A DNA stretch of 64,000 nucleotides. Source: Alphaproteobacteria bacterium. GTDB lineage: Bacteria; Pseudomonadota; Alphaproteobacteria; Micavibrionales; SZUA-601. The stretch is taken from the NCBI GenBank assembly GCA_965246875.1, contig CBDFFU010000003.1:338771-402770 (forward strand), given 5' to 3'. This document shows positions 18,184 through 26,677 of the stretch, in pieces. The first letter of the stretch is position 1, and each line of letters opens with the position of its first letter. Below the pieces are notes generated by a model. It did no database searches. It was not told where the DNA came from and saw only the letters and a list, made by a program, of their open reading frames with translations. The translations under genes were made by a program, and so were the position numbers.

Positions 18184-19308
18184 TTACACCCGCATCGGCA
18201 TCAAGACGAACAATCCGGCCATGTCGCTGTTGTCCTGCAGGATGGCAGGGGAGGCGCTGTCTGAGACGATCAGGCGGGTTTCGGCGTCGATGATCTGGGT
18301 GACGTCCATCAGGTAACGCGCGTTAAAGCCGATATCGACGTCATTGAGACCGTCATATTCGACTTCGCACTCTTCGGTCGCCGAGCCGCTTTCGGCATTG
18401 CTGGCGGAGAGGGTGAGGGTTTTACCCTTAATCGACAGTTTCACCGCGCGCGTTTTTTCAGCAGCGAGCGTTGCCACACGATCAACGGCTTTGGCAAATG
18501 ATTTCGTGTCGAGGATCACGGTTTTATCGAGACCTTGTGGGATCACGCGCTCGTAATCGGGATAAGTGCCATCGATCACTTTTGATGTAAAGGTTACATG
18601 GTCGAATGTGAAGCGCACCATTTTATCGGAGAGTTCGACGCGGATGTCGTCGCCGGCTTCGTCAAGCAAGCGGCGCAATTCCAGAATGGTTTTTTTCGGA
18701 ATAATGACACCTGGCATGTTTTGCGCGCCGTCCGGCAATGTCGTTTGATAACGCGCCAGGCGGTGACCGTCGGTAGCCACCGTGCGCAACACAGGCAGAC
18801 CGTCAAAGCTGGTCGGGTGCATATAAATGCCGTTGAGGTAATAACGCGCTTCTTCGGATGACATCGCGAAACGGGTGCGGTCGATCATGGTGCGCAGGAT
18901 GCTGGCAGGGATGGCAAAACTGTGCGACGCTTTGTGCGTGTTCATTTCCGGGAAATCGTCCCGCGGCAAACAGCCGAGCTTGAAGTTCGAGCGGCCGGCC
19001 TTGATCGTCATGGCCGTGCCGGCTTCGTTGATCTGGATATGCAACGTCGCATCGTCCGGCAATTTGCGCACGATATCATAGAGCATGTGGACAGGAACGG
19101 TTGTGGCACCATTTTCACCGACAGAGGCCGGAATGGCATCGACCATTTCCATGTCCATGTCGGTCGCGGCCAGGGATAGCGTGTTGTTTTCCGTGACCAG
19201 CAGCACGTTGGCTAAAATCGGAATGGTTGTGCGTTTTTCAACGACGCTTTGCACGTGGGACAAGGCTTTGAGCAAGGCGGCGCGTTCAACAGAAAATTGC
19301 ATGGCCAT
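18184..19308 (-). CDS. dnaN: DNA polymerase III beta sliding clamp
   Basis: MQFSVERAALLKAL...ILANVLL and the three-domain length fit DnaN. The start is probably at 19308 or 19302 rather than the ORF-track 19350. Confidence 0.94.
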   Translation of the reverse strand: MAMQFSVERAALLKALSHVQSVVEKRTTIPILANVLLVTENNTLSLAATDMDMEMVDAIPASVGENGATTVPVHMLYDIVRKLPDDATLHIQINEAGTAMTIKAGRSNFKLGCLPRDDFPEMNTHKASHSFAIPASILRTMIDRTRFAMSSEEARYYLNGIYMHPTSFDGLPVLRTVATDGHRLARYQTTLPDGAQNMPGVIIPKKTILELRRLLDEAGDDIRVELSDKMVRFTFDHVTFTSKVIDGTYPDYERVIPQGLDKTVILDTKSFAKAVDRVATLAAEKTRAVKLSIKGKTLTLSASNAESGSATEECEVEYDGLNDVDIGFNARYLMDVTQIIDAETRLIVSDSASPAILQDNSDMAGLFVLMPMRV

Positions 19309-19596
19309 CGGGGAAAAGCTCCAAACACGGTGAAAGCGAAAGATAATCAATTTAGTTAAGAATTTTTAACATTCCGCGCACGGTGTGGCAAGGGTCAAAA
19401 CGGAAGGGGCAGATTTGATCTTAATATGTGATTTTTGTAATATAAATTCATAATACAAATCACGTCATGGCCAATCGGTTTTTGAAACATAACTTACGAA
19501 GGGTCGCTAAAGCACGCTGTTACCCATAAATCTTCTTGACATAAGGATAAAACCGTCTCACATTTAAGACCTCTAACCTGAGGAGAGGATGAGACC

Positions 19597-20130
19597 ATGA
19601 ACCAGCCCTATGCTTATGCTGCTATCGATGACAATCAACTGATTTCCGATTTTCGCTCCCTGACGCCGGACGAGGCGGACAAGGCAACGCGGGGTTTTTC
19701 GCATCTGGATAAAAGCGAGGTGCCGTATGTGGCATTCATTCCGTGGATCCAGCAAGCGCAAGGCAATTTGAACCAGCAGCAATTGCTGGGATTGTATTTT
19801 GCAGCCGGGGCAATGGTCGCGCCGGAATCCAGTGCGGATAGACGATTAACGGCTATAATGAGCGAATATTGCCAAGACGTTGCGCGAGCGGAAGGGGGGC
19901 AAGCCAGTCCTTTGCCCTCTATACATTTTAACCCTGATCATATGCGCCGTGATGTGACGCGCGATCATATTCAAGGTATTACCAGCTATTGTTTTGAACA
20001 CGAAAAAGATTTGGCAGGTGCAACATCATTTTTTGCGCAAGCCATCAGAGATAAATGTGACGGTGTACGGCAGATTATTGCCGCTCAACCGAAAATCAAA
20101 AATGCTGACGAGTATGCGCAAAGTTGCTGA
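19597..20130 (+). CDS. Hypothetical protein
   Basis: 177 aa with RBS GAGGAGAGG upstream. No family recognised. Confidence 0.5.
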   Translation: MNQPYAYAAIDDNQLISDFRSLTPDEADKATRGFSHLDKSEVPYVAFIPWIQQAQGNLNQQQLLGLYFAAGAMVAPESSADRRLTAIMSEYCQDVARAEGGQASPLPSIHFNPDHMRRDVTRDHIQGITSYCFEHEKDLAGATSFFAQAIRDKCDGVRQIIAAQPKIKNADEYAQSC

Positions 20131-20139
20131 TCAATAAAA

Positions 20140-21138
20140 CTATCTTTCCAAGATTTCCGCCAGCCCATTTGTCTGCCGCAACATGGCATCTGTCATGCAG
20201 GGCTGGCGGGTCCAGTGGGAGCCGAACGGGATAAATTCCAAGGTGCTGTTCGGCCAGCGTTGATGCACGTCCCACGCCGTTTGCGGTGGGCAGACGGCGT
20301 CGACACGGCCATTGATGATGGTGCAGGGAACATGGCCGAGCCGATGTAATTGTTGCAGCAAACGTGTCGTGTCCAAAAAACAATCCTGCCCGATATAATG
20401 TGTTTCGAGCAAGGCAATGCTGAAGGCCTGACCGCGGGCAATATCCTGTTCAATTTCGACCAGTTTGTCAGCCGGCAACGGATATTGCATGACCATTAAT
20501 GTGGTTTCCCAGATCAACCATTGGCGGATGCATTCAGCCAGTCGCGCCGCATCATCTGGTTTAGGGTGATGAAAAATAGTGATGTAAGACGCGAAGGGCA
20601 CAGTGCGTTCAGTCTCTGTCAGCGGTGACAGAAAATTTTGGTAGGCATCCGGAAACAAAGCGGCCCCCACACCATCGGGCAACAGGAAATCACGCACCTC
20701 TTGTGGCCGGCCTAAAAATACACCGCCCAGCATGACACCGCTGACATGATTGGTATGTTGCGTCACATACGCCATTGCCAAGGCTGACCCCCAAGAATAG
20801 CCGAATAATGCCCATTGTGTAATACCGCAATGCTGGCGCAACAGGTTCATGTCGGCAACAAGATGATCAGTGGTGTTATCATTCATCGATGCAAACGGTG
20901 TGCTTTTGCCGCAACCGCGCTGATCGAAGAGAATGATGCGGTAACGCTGTGGGTCAAACAAACGCCGATGCCGTGGATAAATGGAACCGCCCGGTCCGCC
21001 ATGCAAAAAGACGACCGGAATACCACCGGGATTGCCACACGATTCCCAATAGATCGTATGACCCTGACCGACATTGAGATGACCTGTGTCGTAGGGTTCG
21101 ATCTCGGGATACAGCTCTAAATAATCAGCGTTCATCAT
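20140..21138 (-). CDS. pip: Prolyl aminopeptidase (proline iminopeptidase, S33 alpha/beta hydrolase)
   Basis: GHTIYWESCGNPGGIPVVFLHGGPGG and the nucleophile elbow GYSWGS. Confidence 0.88.
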   Translation of the reverse strand: MMNADYLELYPEIEPYDTGHLNVGQGHTIYWESCGNPGGIPVVFLHGGPGGSIYPRHRRLFDPQRYRIILFDQRGCGKSTPFASMNDNTTDHLVADMNLLRQHCGITQWALFGYSWGSALAMAYVTQHTNHVSGVMLGGVFLGRPQEVRDFLLPDGVGAALFPDAYQNFLSPLTETERTVPFASYITIFHHPKPDDAARLAECIRQWLIWETTLMVMQYPLPADKLVEIEQDIARGQAFSIALLETHYIGQDCFLDTTRLLQQLHRLGHVPCTIINGRVDAVCPPQTAWDVHQRWPNSTLEFIPFGSHWTRQPCMTDAMLRQTNGLAEILER

Positions 21139-21223
21139 GTTCCTGTATAGGCCATGTCAGGCAAAGGGTGGAAAAACAAGATACATTATGATAGAGGTGG
21201 AAGCCTGTTTTGCAAAGTTATTT

Positions 21224-22174
21224 ATGATTATCAATGAGGATATTAGCGTGATCGATATTGAATATTGGCAGACACGTGCCAAAGAAACCTTGTATATCGT
21301 GTCTGGTGTATTGAGTTCGTGCCTGGGCCTCAAAGGGTTTTTGCTGCCCAATCATTTTCTGGATGGCGGCGTCAACGGGATTGCGTTGCTGTTGCGTGAA
21401 GCGACTGGTTTGCCGTTGCCGTTATTGATCGTGTTGATCAGTGCGCCGTTTATTGTGATCGGCATGAAAACAATCTCCAAATATTTTGCACTGCGCACCT
21501 TTCTGGCGATTAGCTTGCTGGCCTTGTGTCTGGTCTTTTTACCGATGCCGCATGTGACCAAGGATGCGTTTCTGGTGGCGTTATTCGGCGGATTCTTTTT
21601 GGGGCTGGGGATAGGGCTTGCTATTCATGGCAATGCCGTCATCGATGGCACAGAAGTTCTGGCGATTTATATCAGCCGGCACACACCATTGACGGTTGGT
21701 GGCGTGATTTTCATGATCAATGTCTGCATCTTTGCGGTCGCCGCGTGGATGGAAGGCGTCGAGATTGCCATGTATGCCATGATCACCTATCTGGCTGCCG
21801 CGCGTACGGTGGATTTTGTGCTGAACGGGGTCGAAGAATACACAGCCATCACCATTGTCAGTGAAAAACCGAAAAAAGTGCAAAAAGCCCTGACGCAAGT
21901 GCTGGGCTATGGCGTCACGATATACCAGGGCCTGCGCGGCGTTGGCCATACGGGCGAATGGAGCAATCAGAATGCCAATCAGCAAGAGCGCGTCATTTTG
22001 CAAACGATTGTGACCCGCCTGGAAGTGCGGCGCGTGATCAACGCGGTGTCGCGGATCGATTCCAATGCCTTTATGTTTGAGCAGCGGATTGCCGATGCTT
22101 TTGGCGGCAAGATCAACAAGAAAACGCATATTGGCAAGCCGCTGGAAGAAGGGCATACGCACAGCGACTTGTAA
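21224..22174 (+). CDS. YitT-family membrane protein (DUF161/DUF2179)
   Basis: GLKGFLLPNHFLDGGVNGIALLL, multiple TM segments and a C-terminal DUF2179-like domain. The start is uncertain (21188 or 21224). Confidence 0.75.
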   Translation: MIINEDISVIDIEYWQTRAKETLYIVSGVLSSCLGLKGFLLPNHFLDGGVNGIALLLREATGLPLPLLIVLISAPFIVIGMKTISKYFALRTFLAISLLALCLVFLPMPHVTKDAFLVALFGGFFLGLGIGLAIHGNAVIDGTEVLAIYISRHTPLTVGGVIFMINVCIFAVAAWMEGVEIAMYAMITYLAAARTVDFVLNGVEEYTAITIVSEKPKKVQKALTQVLGYGVTIYQGLRGVGHTGEWSNQNANQQERVILQTIVTRLEVRRVINAVSRIDSNAFMFEQRIADAFGGKINKKTHIGKPLEEGHTHSDL

Positions 22175-22187
22175 AAGTATAAAATTT

Positions 22188-23423
22188 TTATGTCGATAGA
22201 CACAATCCCAGGCCAACGCTGCCCAGTTTGTTGTCGTCATACAATTGCGCGTGCGGGAAACGGGTTTGCCAGAGATTTTGAAAAAATGGCAGAGATGTTG
22301 AACCGCCCGTCAGGATCAAGGCGCTGATATCGGATGCGGTTACGCCGGCTTTGTTTAAGCAATCATCCATGCTGTGAATAACGGGCGACAAAATTTTATT
22401 GAATGCGGTGTTCATTTGGCTTTGGGTCATGGATGCCGCCAGGGCGTGATCAAGAAATGTATAATCAAGCACGGCATCATTGTTTGTTGATAACGCGATT
22501 TTCGCCTGTTCGCTGATATTCAGAATTTTGTGTGCCAATTGGTCTTCTAAAACCTGTTCCAGCCGGATCAATTTTTCGGGTTGCTGGGCGGCGGGGATCG
22601 TTTGGCGCACCCAGTTTTTGTTTTGCGGCGTGTAACAGAACATGATCCGGCTCCAGTCCGACAGATCGAAATACAGCGCCGATGGCAGTTCCAGATTTTT
22701 TTCACCGTAGAGGTCACCCATGCCCAGTAACGGCATCGCAGTTTGCAGGTTGATGGTTTTATCACAATCATTGCCGCCGATACGCACACCCGTATTGGCC
22801 AGAATATCCCGCTGGCGGTCATGACCGGGTAACGTATCAGGGCGTAGCCGGATCACGGAAAAATCCGACGTGCCGCCGCCAATATCGATGACCAGCGCCA
22901 GTTGGTCCTGCGCCAGTTTCCGCTCGTGACTTAACGCGCCGGCGATGGGTTCATATTGAAACGCAATGTTTTCAAACCCCAGTGCCTTGCCGATCAGGCG
23001 CAACGCATCCTCGGCGCGCGCATCGGCGTCAGGGTCAGAATCCTGAAAATGCACCGGACGGCCAAGTGTGACGGATGTGAGCGTTTCGCCGATCTGCGCT
23101 TCGGCCACCTGTTTGATGTGTTGCAAAAACATACCAATAATGTCGGTAAAGCTGTGCCGCACACCGTTGATCAATGTGCCGTTTTGCATCAAGGCTGTGC
23201 CCAACACGCGTTTGAGACTGCGCATAAACCGGCCGTCTTCACCATTCAAATACGCATTGACCGCCGCACGGCCGAACAAAGGTCTGGCGTATTTGATAGT
23301 GGGGAAAAACAGCGCGCTGGGAATGGTGGTGTAGCCGTCCTCCAGCGTGATCAGCTGAGGACCCGCAGACGTTAAAACGGACAACGTCGTATTGGACGTG
23401 CCAAAATCAATCCCGCAATGCAT
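22188..23423 (-). CDS. Hsp70/actin-fold ATPase family protein (YegD-like)
   Basis: N-terminal CGIDFGTSNTT phosphate-1 motif and VIDIGGGTSDFSV. At 411 aa it lacks the substrate-binding domain of DnaK. Confidence 0.8.
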   Translation of the reverse strand: MHCGIDFGTSNTTLSVLTSAGPQLITLEDGYTTIPSALFFPTIKYARPLFGRAAVNAYLNGEDGRFMRSLKRVLGTALMQNGTLINGVRHSFTDIIGMFLQHIKQVAEAQIGETLTSVTLGRPVHFQDSDPDADARAEDALRLIGKALGFENIAFQYEPIAGALSHERKLAQDQLALVIDIGGGTSDFSVIRLRPDTLPGHDRQRDILANTGVRIGGNDCDKTINLQTAMPLLGMGDLYGEKNLELPSALYFDLSDWSRIMFCYTPQNKNWVRQTIPAAQQPEKLIRLEQVLEDQLAHKILNISEQAKIALSTNNDAVLDYTFLDHALAASMTQSQMNTAFNKILSPVIHSMDDCLNKAGVTASDISALILTGGSTSLPFFQNLWQTRFPHAQLYDDNKLGSVGLGLCLST

Positions 23424-23588
23424 GACAAAAAATCCCTTCCGTCACAGACGCGCAAGGCAGGCAGCCATTCACGGGCTTAAGAACAAAAGCAAGAGTGTGG
23501 GGAGTGGCCAGTCTCCTGCAAAATGGCCGGTTGTCAAGAGGGTATGGCTTGATATGATGACGCTAACATTTTGAAGAGGCTTAGAAAA

Positions 23589-24815
23589 ATGAAAACACAA
23601 TCAGCCAATCTATCGCGTAACACTATATTGCTGATCATCGTGTCAGCCTTGGGTTACTTCGTTGATGTGTATGATCTGCTACTGTTTAGTGCCGTGCGGC
23701 AAAAAAGCCTGCTGGATTTAGGCATTAGTGCTGCAGATTCATTAAATGTGGGTTTGCGTTTGTTGAATATTCAAATGGCCGGCATGGTGATCGGCGGCAT
23801 TGTCTGGGGGGTGTTGGGCGATAAGAAAGGCCGCATTTCTGTTTTGTTCGGTTCCATCATTTTATATTCTGTTGCTAATGTATTGAATGCTTATATCACC
23901 AGCATCCCGCAATATGAGATCTTGCGTTTTATTGCCGGTTTTGGGCTGGCCGGTGAATTGGGCGCAGGCATTACGCTGGTGGCCGAAACCATGTCCAGCG
24001 ACAAACGCGGCTTGGGCACGATGTTTGTAACGGCGATCGGATTTTTGGGTGCAGTGGCTGCGTCATTTGTTGGCCTACACGCTGAGTGGCGCACCGCGTT
24101 TCTCATTGGCGGCGCTATGGGACTGGTGCTGTTAGCCATGCGGTTTGGCCTCTATGAATCCGGCTTATATCACCACATGGAACAAACCTCAGCGCGGCGC
24201 GGCGTCTTTTTTGATCTGTTTCGCCGGAAAGATTTGTTTTTTAAATATATCAAAGCGATTGGCACCGGTATTCCGTGTTATTTTACAGTCGCCGTGCTGA
24301 TCACCGGAGCGCCGGAAATTGCCAAAGCCCTGGGTTTTGCAGAGGGAATGAGTGCCGGACTGGCGATCATGATTTGCTATTCCGCAATGTCGATAGGCGG
24401 GATTGTCGGGTTGCTGTATAGCCAGTATACGCGCAGTCGCAAGAAAGCATTGTATGCGCTGCATCTCATCGGACTTGGCGGAATTTTGACATTGTTCCTG
24501 ATTCCTTTGCCAAATCTCAACGCGTTTTATCTCTGTTATTTCGTTATTGGCTTTGCAGTTGGCTATGTGTCATTATGTGTGACAGTGGCAGCAGAAAGTT
24601 TCGGCACCAATTTGCGTGCAACGGTGACAACCAGTGTGCCGAACATGGTGCGCGGGGCGACTATCCCTATTACATTGACATTTGCTGCATTAAAAGGGTC
24701 ACTCGGTATGATTGAAGCGGGTTTAATTGTGGGTTGTACAGTTGTCGCTTTGGCATTGTTGGCTACGTGGCACATTGAAGAAACTTTTGGCCGTGATCTG
24801 GATTTTGTGGAGTAG
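23589..24815 (+). CDS. MFS transporter
   Basis: About 12 predicted TM segments and the MFS loop motif GDKKGR. The RBS AAGAGG precedes the ATG at 23589. Confidence 0.85.
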   Translation: MKTQSANLSRNTILLIIVSALGYFVDVYDLLLFSAVRQKSLLDLGISAADSLNVGLRLLNIQMAGMVIGGIVWGVLGDKKGRISVLFGSIILYSVANVLNAYITSIPQYEILRFIAGFGLAGELGAGITLVAETMSSDKRGLGTMFVTAIGFLGAVAASFVGLHAEWRTAFLIGGAMGLVLLAMRFGLYESGLYHHMEQTSARRGVFFDLFRRKDLFFKYIKAIGTGIPCYFTVAVLITGAPEIAKALGFAEGMSAGLAIMICYSAMSIGGIVGLLYSQYTRSRKKALYALHLIGLGGILTLFLIPLPNLNAFYLCYFVIGFAVGYVSLCVTVAAESFGTNLRATVTTSVPNMVRGATIPITLTFAALKGSLGMIEAGLIVGCTVVALALLATWHIEETFGRDLDFVE

Positions 24816-24818
24816 ACC

Positions 24819-25280
24819 ATGACGGTCGATTACAGTTATACGCGCGTCAAAGCGATGGGGTTGGTGTGGCGTGATGCGACGCGGGCGCAACTGTTGCTGG
24901 AACAAATTCAGGACCCGGATGGAACTTTGTTGGGCTTTCGTCCCCTGGGTGGCAGCATTGAGTTCGGCGAGAAATCGTGGGAAGCATTGGAGCGGGGATT
25001 TATGGAAGAACTGGGCGAGGATATCGCCATCACACGATTGCACGGCGTGTTTGAAAATATGTTTACGTGGGCGGGTGTGCCGGGGCATGAGATCGTATTT
25101 TTATATGATACCGAATTGTTGAATAAACAAACCTATGCTGATGATATTATTGAGCGCATCGATGTCTCGACCGATGCATTATTGGCCAAAACCGCACATT
25201 GGCTGAACCCGTTTGCCTTGCCACAGGGCAAGCCGCTGTTTCCATTGGGGCTGGCTGACCAGTTAAAAGGTGCCGCATGA
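24819..25280 (+). CDS. NUDIX hydrolase (paralogue 1)
   Basis: Nudix box GGSIEFGEKSWEALERGFMEELGE. It starts 4 nt after the MFS stop. Confidence 0.85.
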   Translation: MTVDYSYTRVKAMGLVWRDATRAQLLLEQIQDPDGTLLGFRPLGGSIEFGEKSWEALERGFMEELGEDIAITRLHGVFENMFTWAGVPGHEIVFLYDTELLNKQTYADDIIERIDVSTDALLAKTAHWLNPFALPQGKPLFPLGLADQLKGAA

Positions 25281-25708
25281 CCCCTATCATCAAAGCGAAA
25301 ACGTATGCGTTGATCCGGCGCCATCATGAGATTTTGCTGGAAGCCGTAATAGAGGATGGTGCTGTAAAAGGGTATCGGCCCTTGGGTGGCACGATTGAAT
25401 TTCAGGAAAGCGCTGTGCATGGTGTCGCGCGTGAAATCAAGGAGGAGCTGGGCGAGGATGTCACAGTCGGGCCATTATTCTGCGTGTCTGAGGAAATATT
25501 CACCTACAACGGCGCGTCACATCATGAAGTCGCCTTTATTCATGACTGCGCGTTCGTCAATCAGGCTGTGTATCATTCCGAGACGATTGAACGTATCGAC
25601 ACGGCACATGGTATTCGCATTCAGGCACAATGGCTCGACCCGTTAAACCTGCCAGACGGTGCACCATTATTCCCCACTGATTTGGCAGTGGCGTTAAAGC
25701 GGGAATGA
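25277..25708 (+). CDS. NUDIX hydrolase (paralogue 2)
   Basis: Nudix box GGTIEFQESAVHGVAREIKEELGE. It is clearly a paralogue of the upstream gene and shares an ATGA start/stop overlap with it. Confidence 0.85.
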   Translation: MTPIIKAKTYALIRRHHEILLEAVIEDGAVKGYRPLGGTIEFQESAVHGVAREIKEELGEDVTVGPLFCVSEEIFTYNGASHHEVAFIHDCAFVNQAVYHSETIERIDTAHGIRIQAQWLDPLNLPDGAPLFPTDLAVALKRE

Positions 25709-26304
25709 TTACGCATCTGTTGATCAAACCGGCGCATAAGCAGCCGATGGTGGCGGTTGATGAGATGCATGTGACAGCTCATAATGGGATTGTCGGAACT
25801 GTGCGCTCGTCACCATTGCGGCAAGTGTTGTTATTGGAGGATGCCACGTTGCAGGAGTTTCAATTGCAACCCGGCGATTTGCGTGAAAACATTATCGTGC
25901 GTGAAATGGATTTATACCGATTGCCATCGGGCAGTATCTTGCAGATCGGCAATGTGCAAATCGCGCTGACAATTTTGTGCGAACCGTGCAAAATTATTGC
26001 CAATAAAGTTGACCTCAAGGCGATCCGCGACAAACGCGGTTATCTGGGGCGGTTTTTAAATGACGGTGTGATCCGTGTGGATGATAACATTATTGTGACA
26101 GAGCAGCACGTTGAGCCTGTACCCGAAATTCCGGTAGAGCGGATCAAATGGTATCTGCAAAAAATCGATACACCCATTCTGGCCGCTGACCTGATGTGGC
26201 AAGTGGGCCTGGCATCATCCTATTGCCGCGCGTTGCCTGCGATGTTGAAGAAGCATCCTGATATTGCTGAAATTAAGATTATTTTTCAGCGGCAGTTGTT
26301 TTAG
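25705..26304 (+). CDS. MOSC domain-containing protein
   Basis: GDLRENIIV...LQIGNVQIALTILCEPC matches the MOSC beta-barrel with its conserved Cys. It has an ATGA overlap with NUDIX-2 and an extra C-terminal region of about 60 aa. Confidence 0.75.
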   Translation: MITHLLIKPAHKQPMVAVDEMHVTAHNGIVGTVRSSPLRQVLLLEDATLQEFQLQPGDLRENIIVREMDLYRLPSGSILQIGNVQIALTILCEPCKIIANKVDLKAIRDKRGYLGRFLNDGVIRVDDNIIVTEQHVEPVPEIPVERIKWYLQKIDTPILAADLMWQVGLASSYCRALPAMLKKHPDIAEIKIIFQRQLF

Positions 26305-26342
26305 GATTAAGTTTGAGTGTATTACACGAATTATTGGATAGC

Positions 26343-26642
26343 TCAATAATCAAAAATTTTTATAGGAATTGGCAGGTCTTTTGCAAAATAACCTATCACT
26401 GTTACTGCACAAAACGCGGCAATTAAGCACGACAAAAACCGAAAGACGTCTTTTTTTCTGGGATTACGGCTTGCAACGTCCAATAACAATTTAAAACCAC
26501 AACCACATATACAAAAAGCTAAAATGATTAATAATGGAAAAGCAAATAAGATTGAGCCAAAAATAAAGATGATAGCAGAGGTAAAAATCAAAAGCATTTT
26601 TAAAGGCGTATAAAAACGCTCAAGATAAGATTTATCTTCCAT
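26343..26642 (-). CDS. Small AT-rich membrane protein
   Basis: 99 aa with about three hydrophobic helices. No family recognised. Confidence 0.4.
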   Translation of the reverse strand: MEDKSYLERFYTPLKMLLIFTSAIIFIFGSILFAFPLLIILAFCICGCGFKLLLDVASRNPRKKDVFRFLSCLIAAFCAVTVIGYFAKDLPIPIKIFDY

Positions 26643-26677
26643 GAAATAACCTTTAAACTGTTTAAAATACTTTTGAT

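Noticed and set aside
19354-19370. TTAAGAATTTTTAAC upstream of dnaN as a possible CtrA box
   Set aside because: The spacing is TTAA-N6-TTAA, not N7, so it does not fit the CtrA site geometry.
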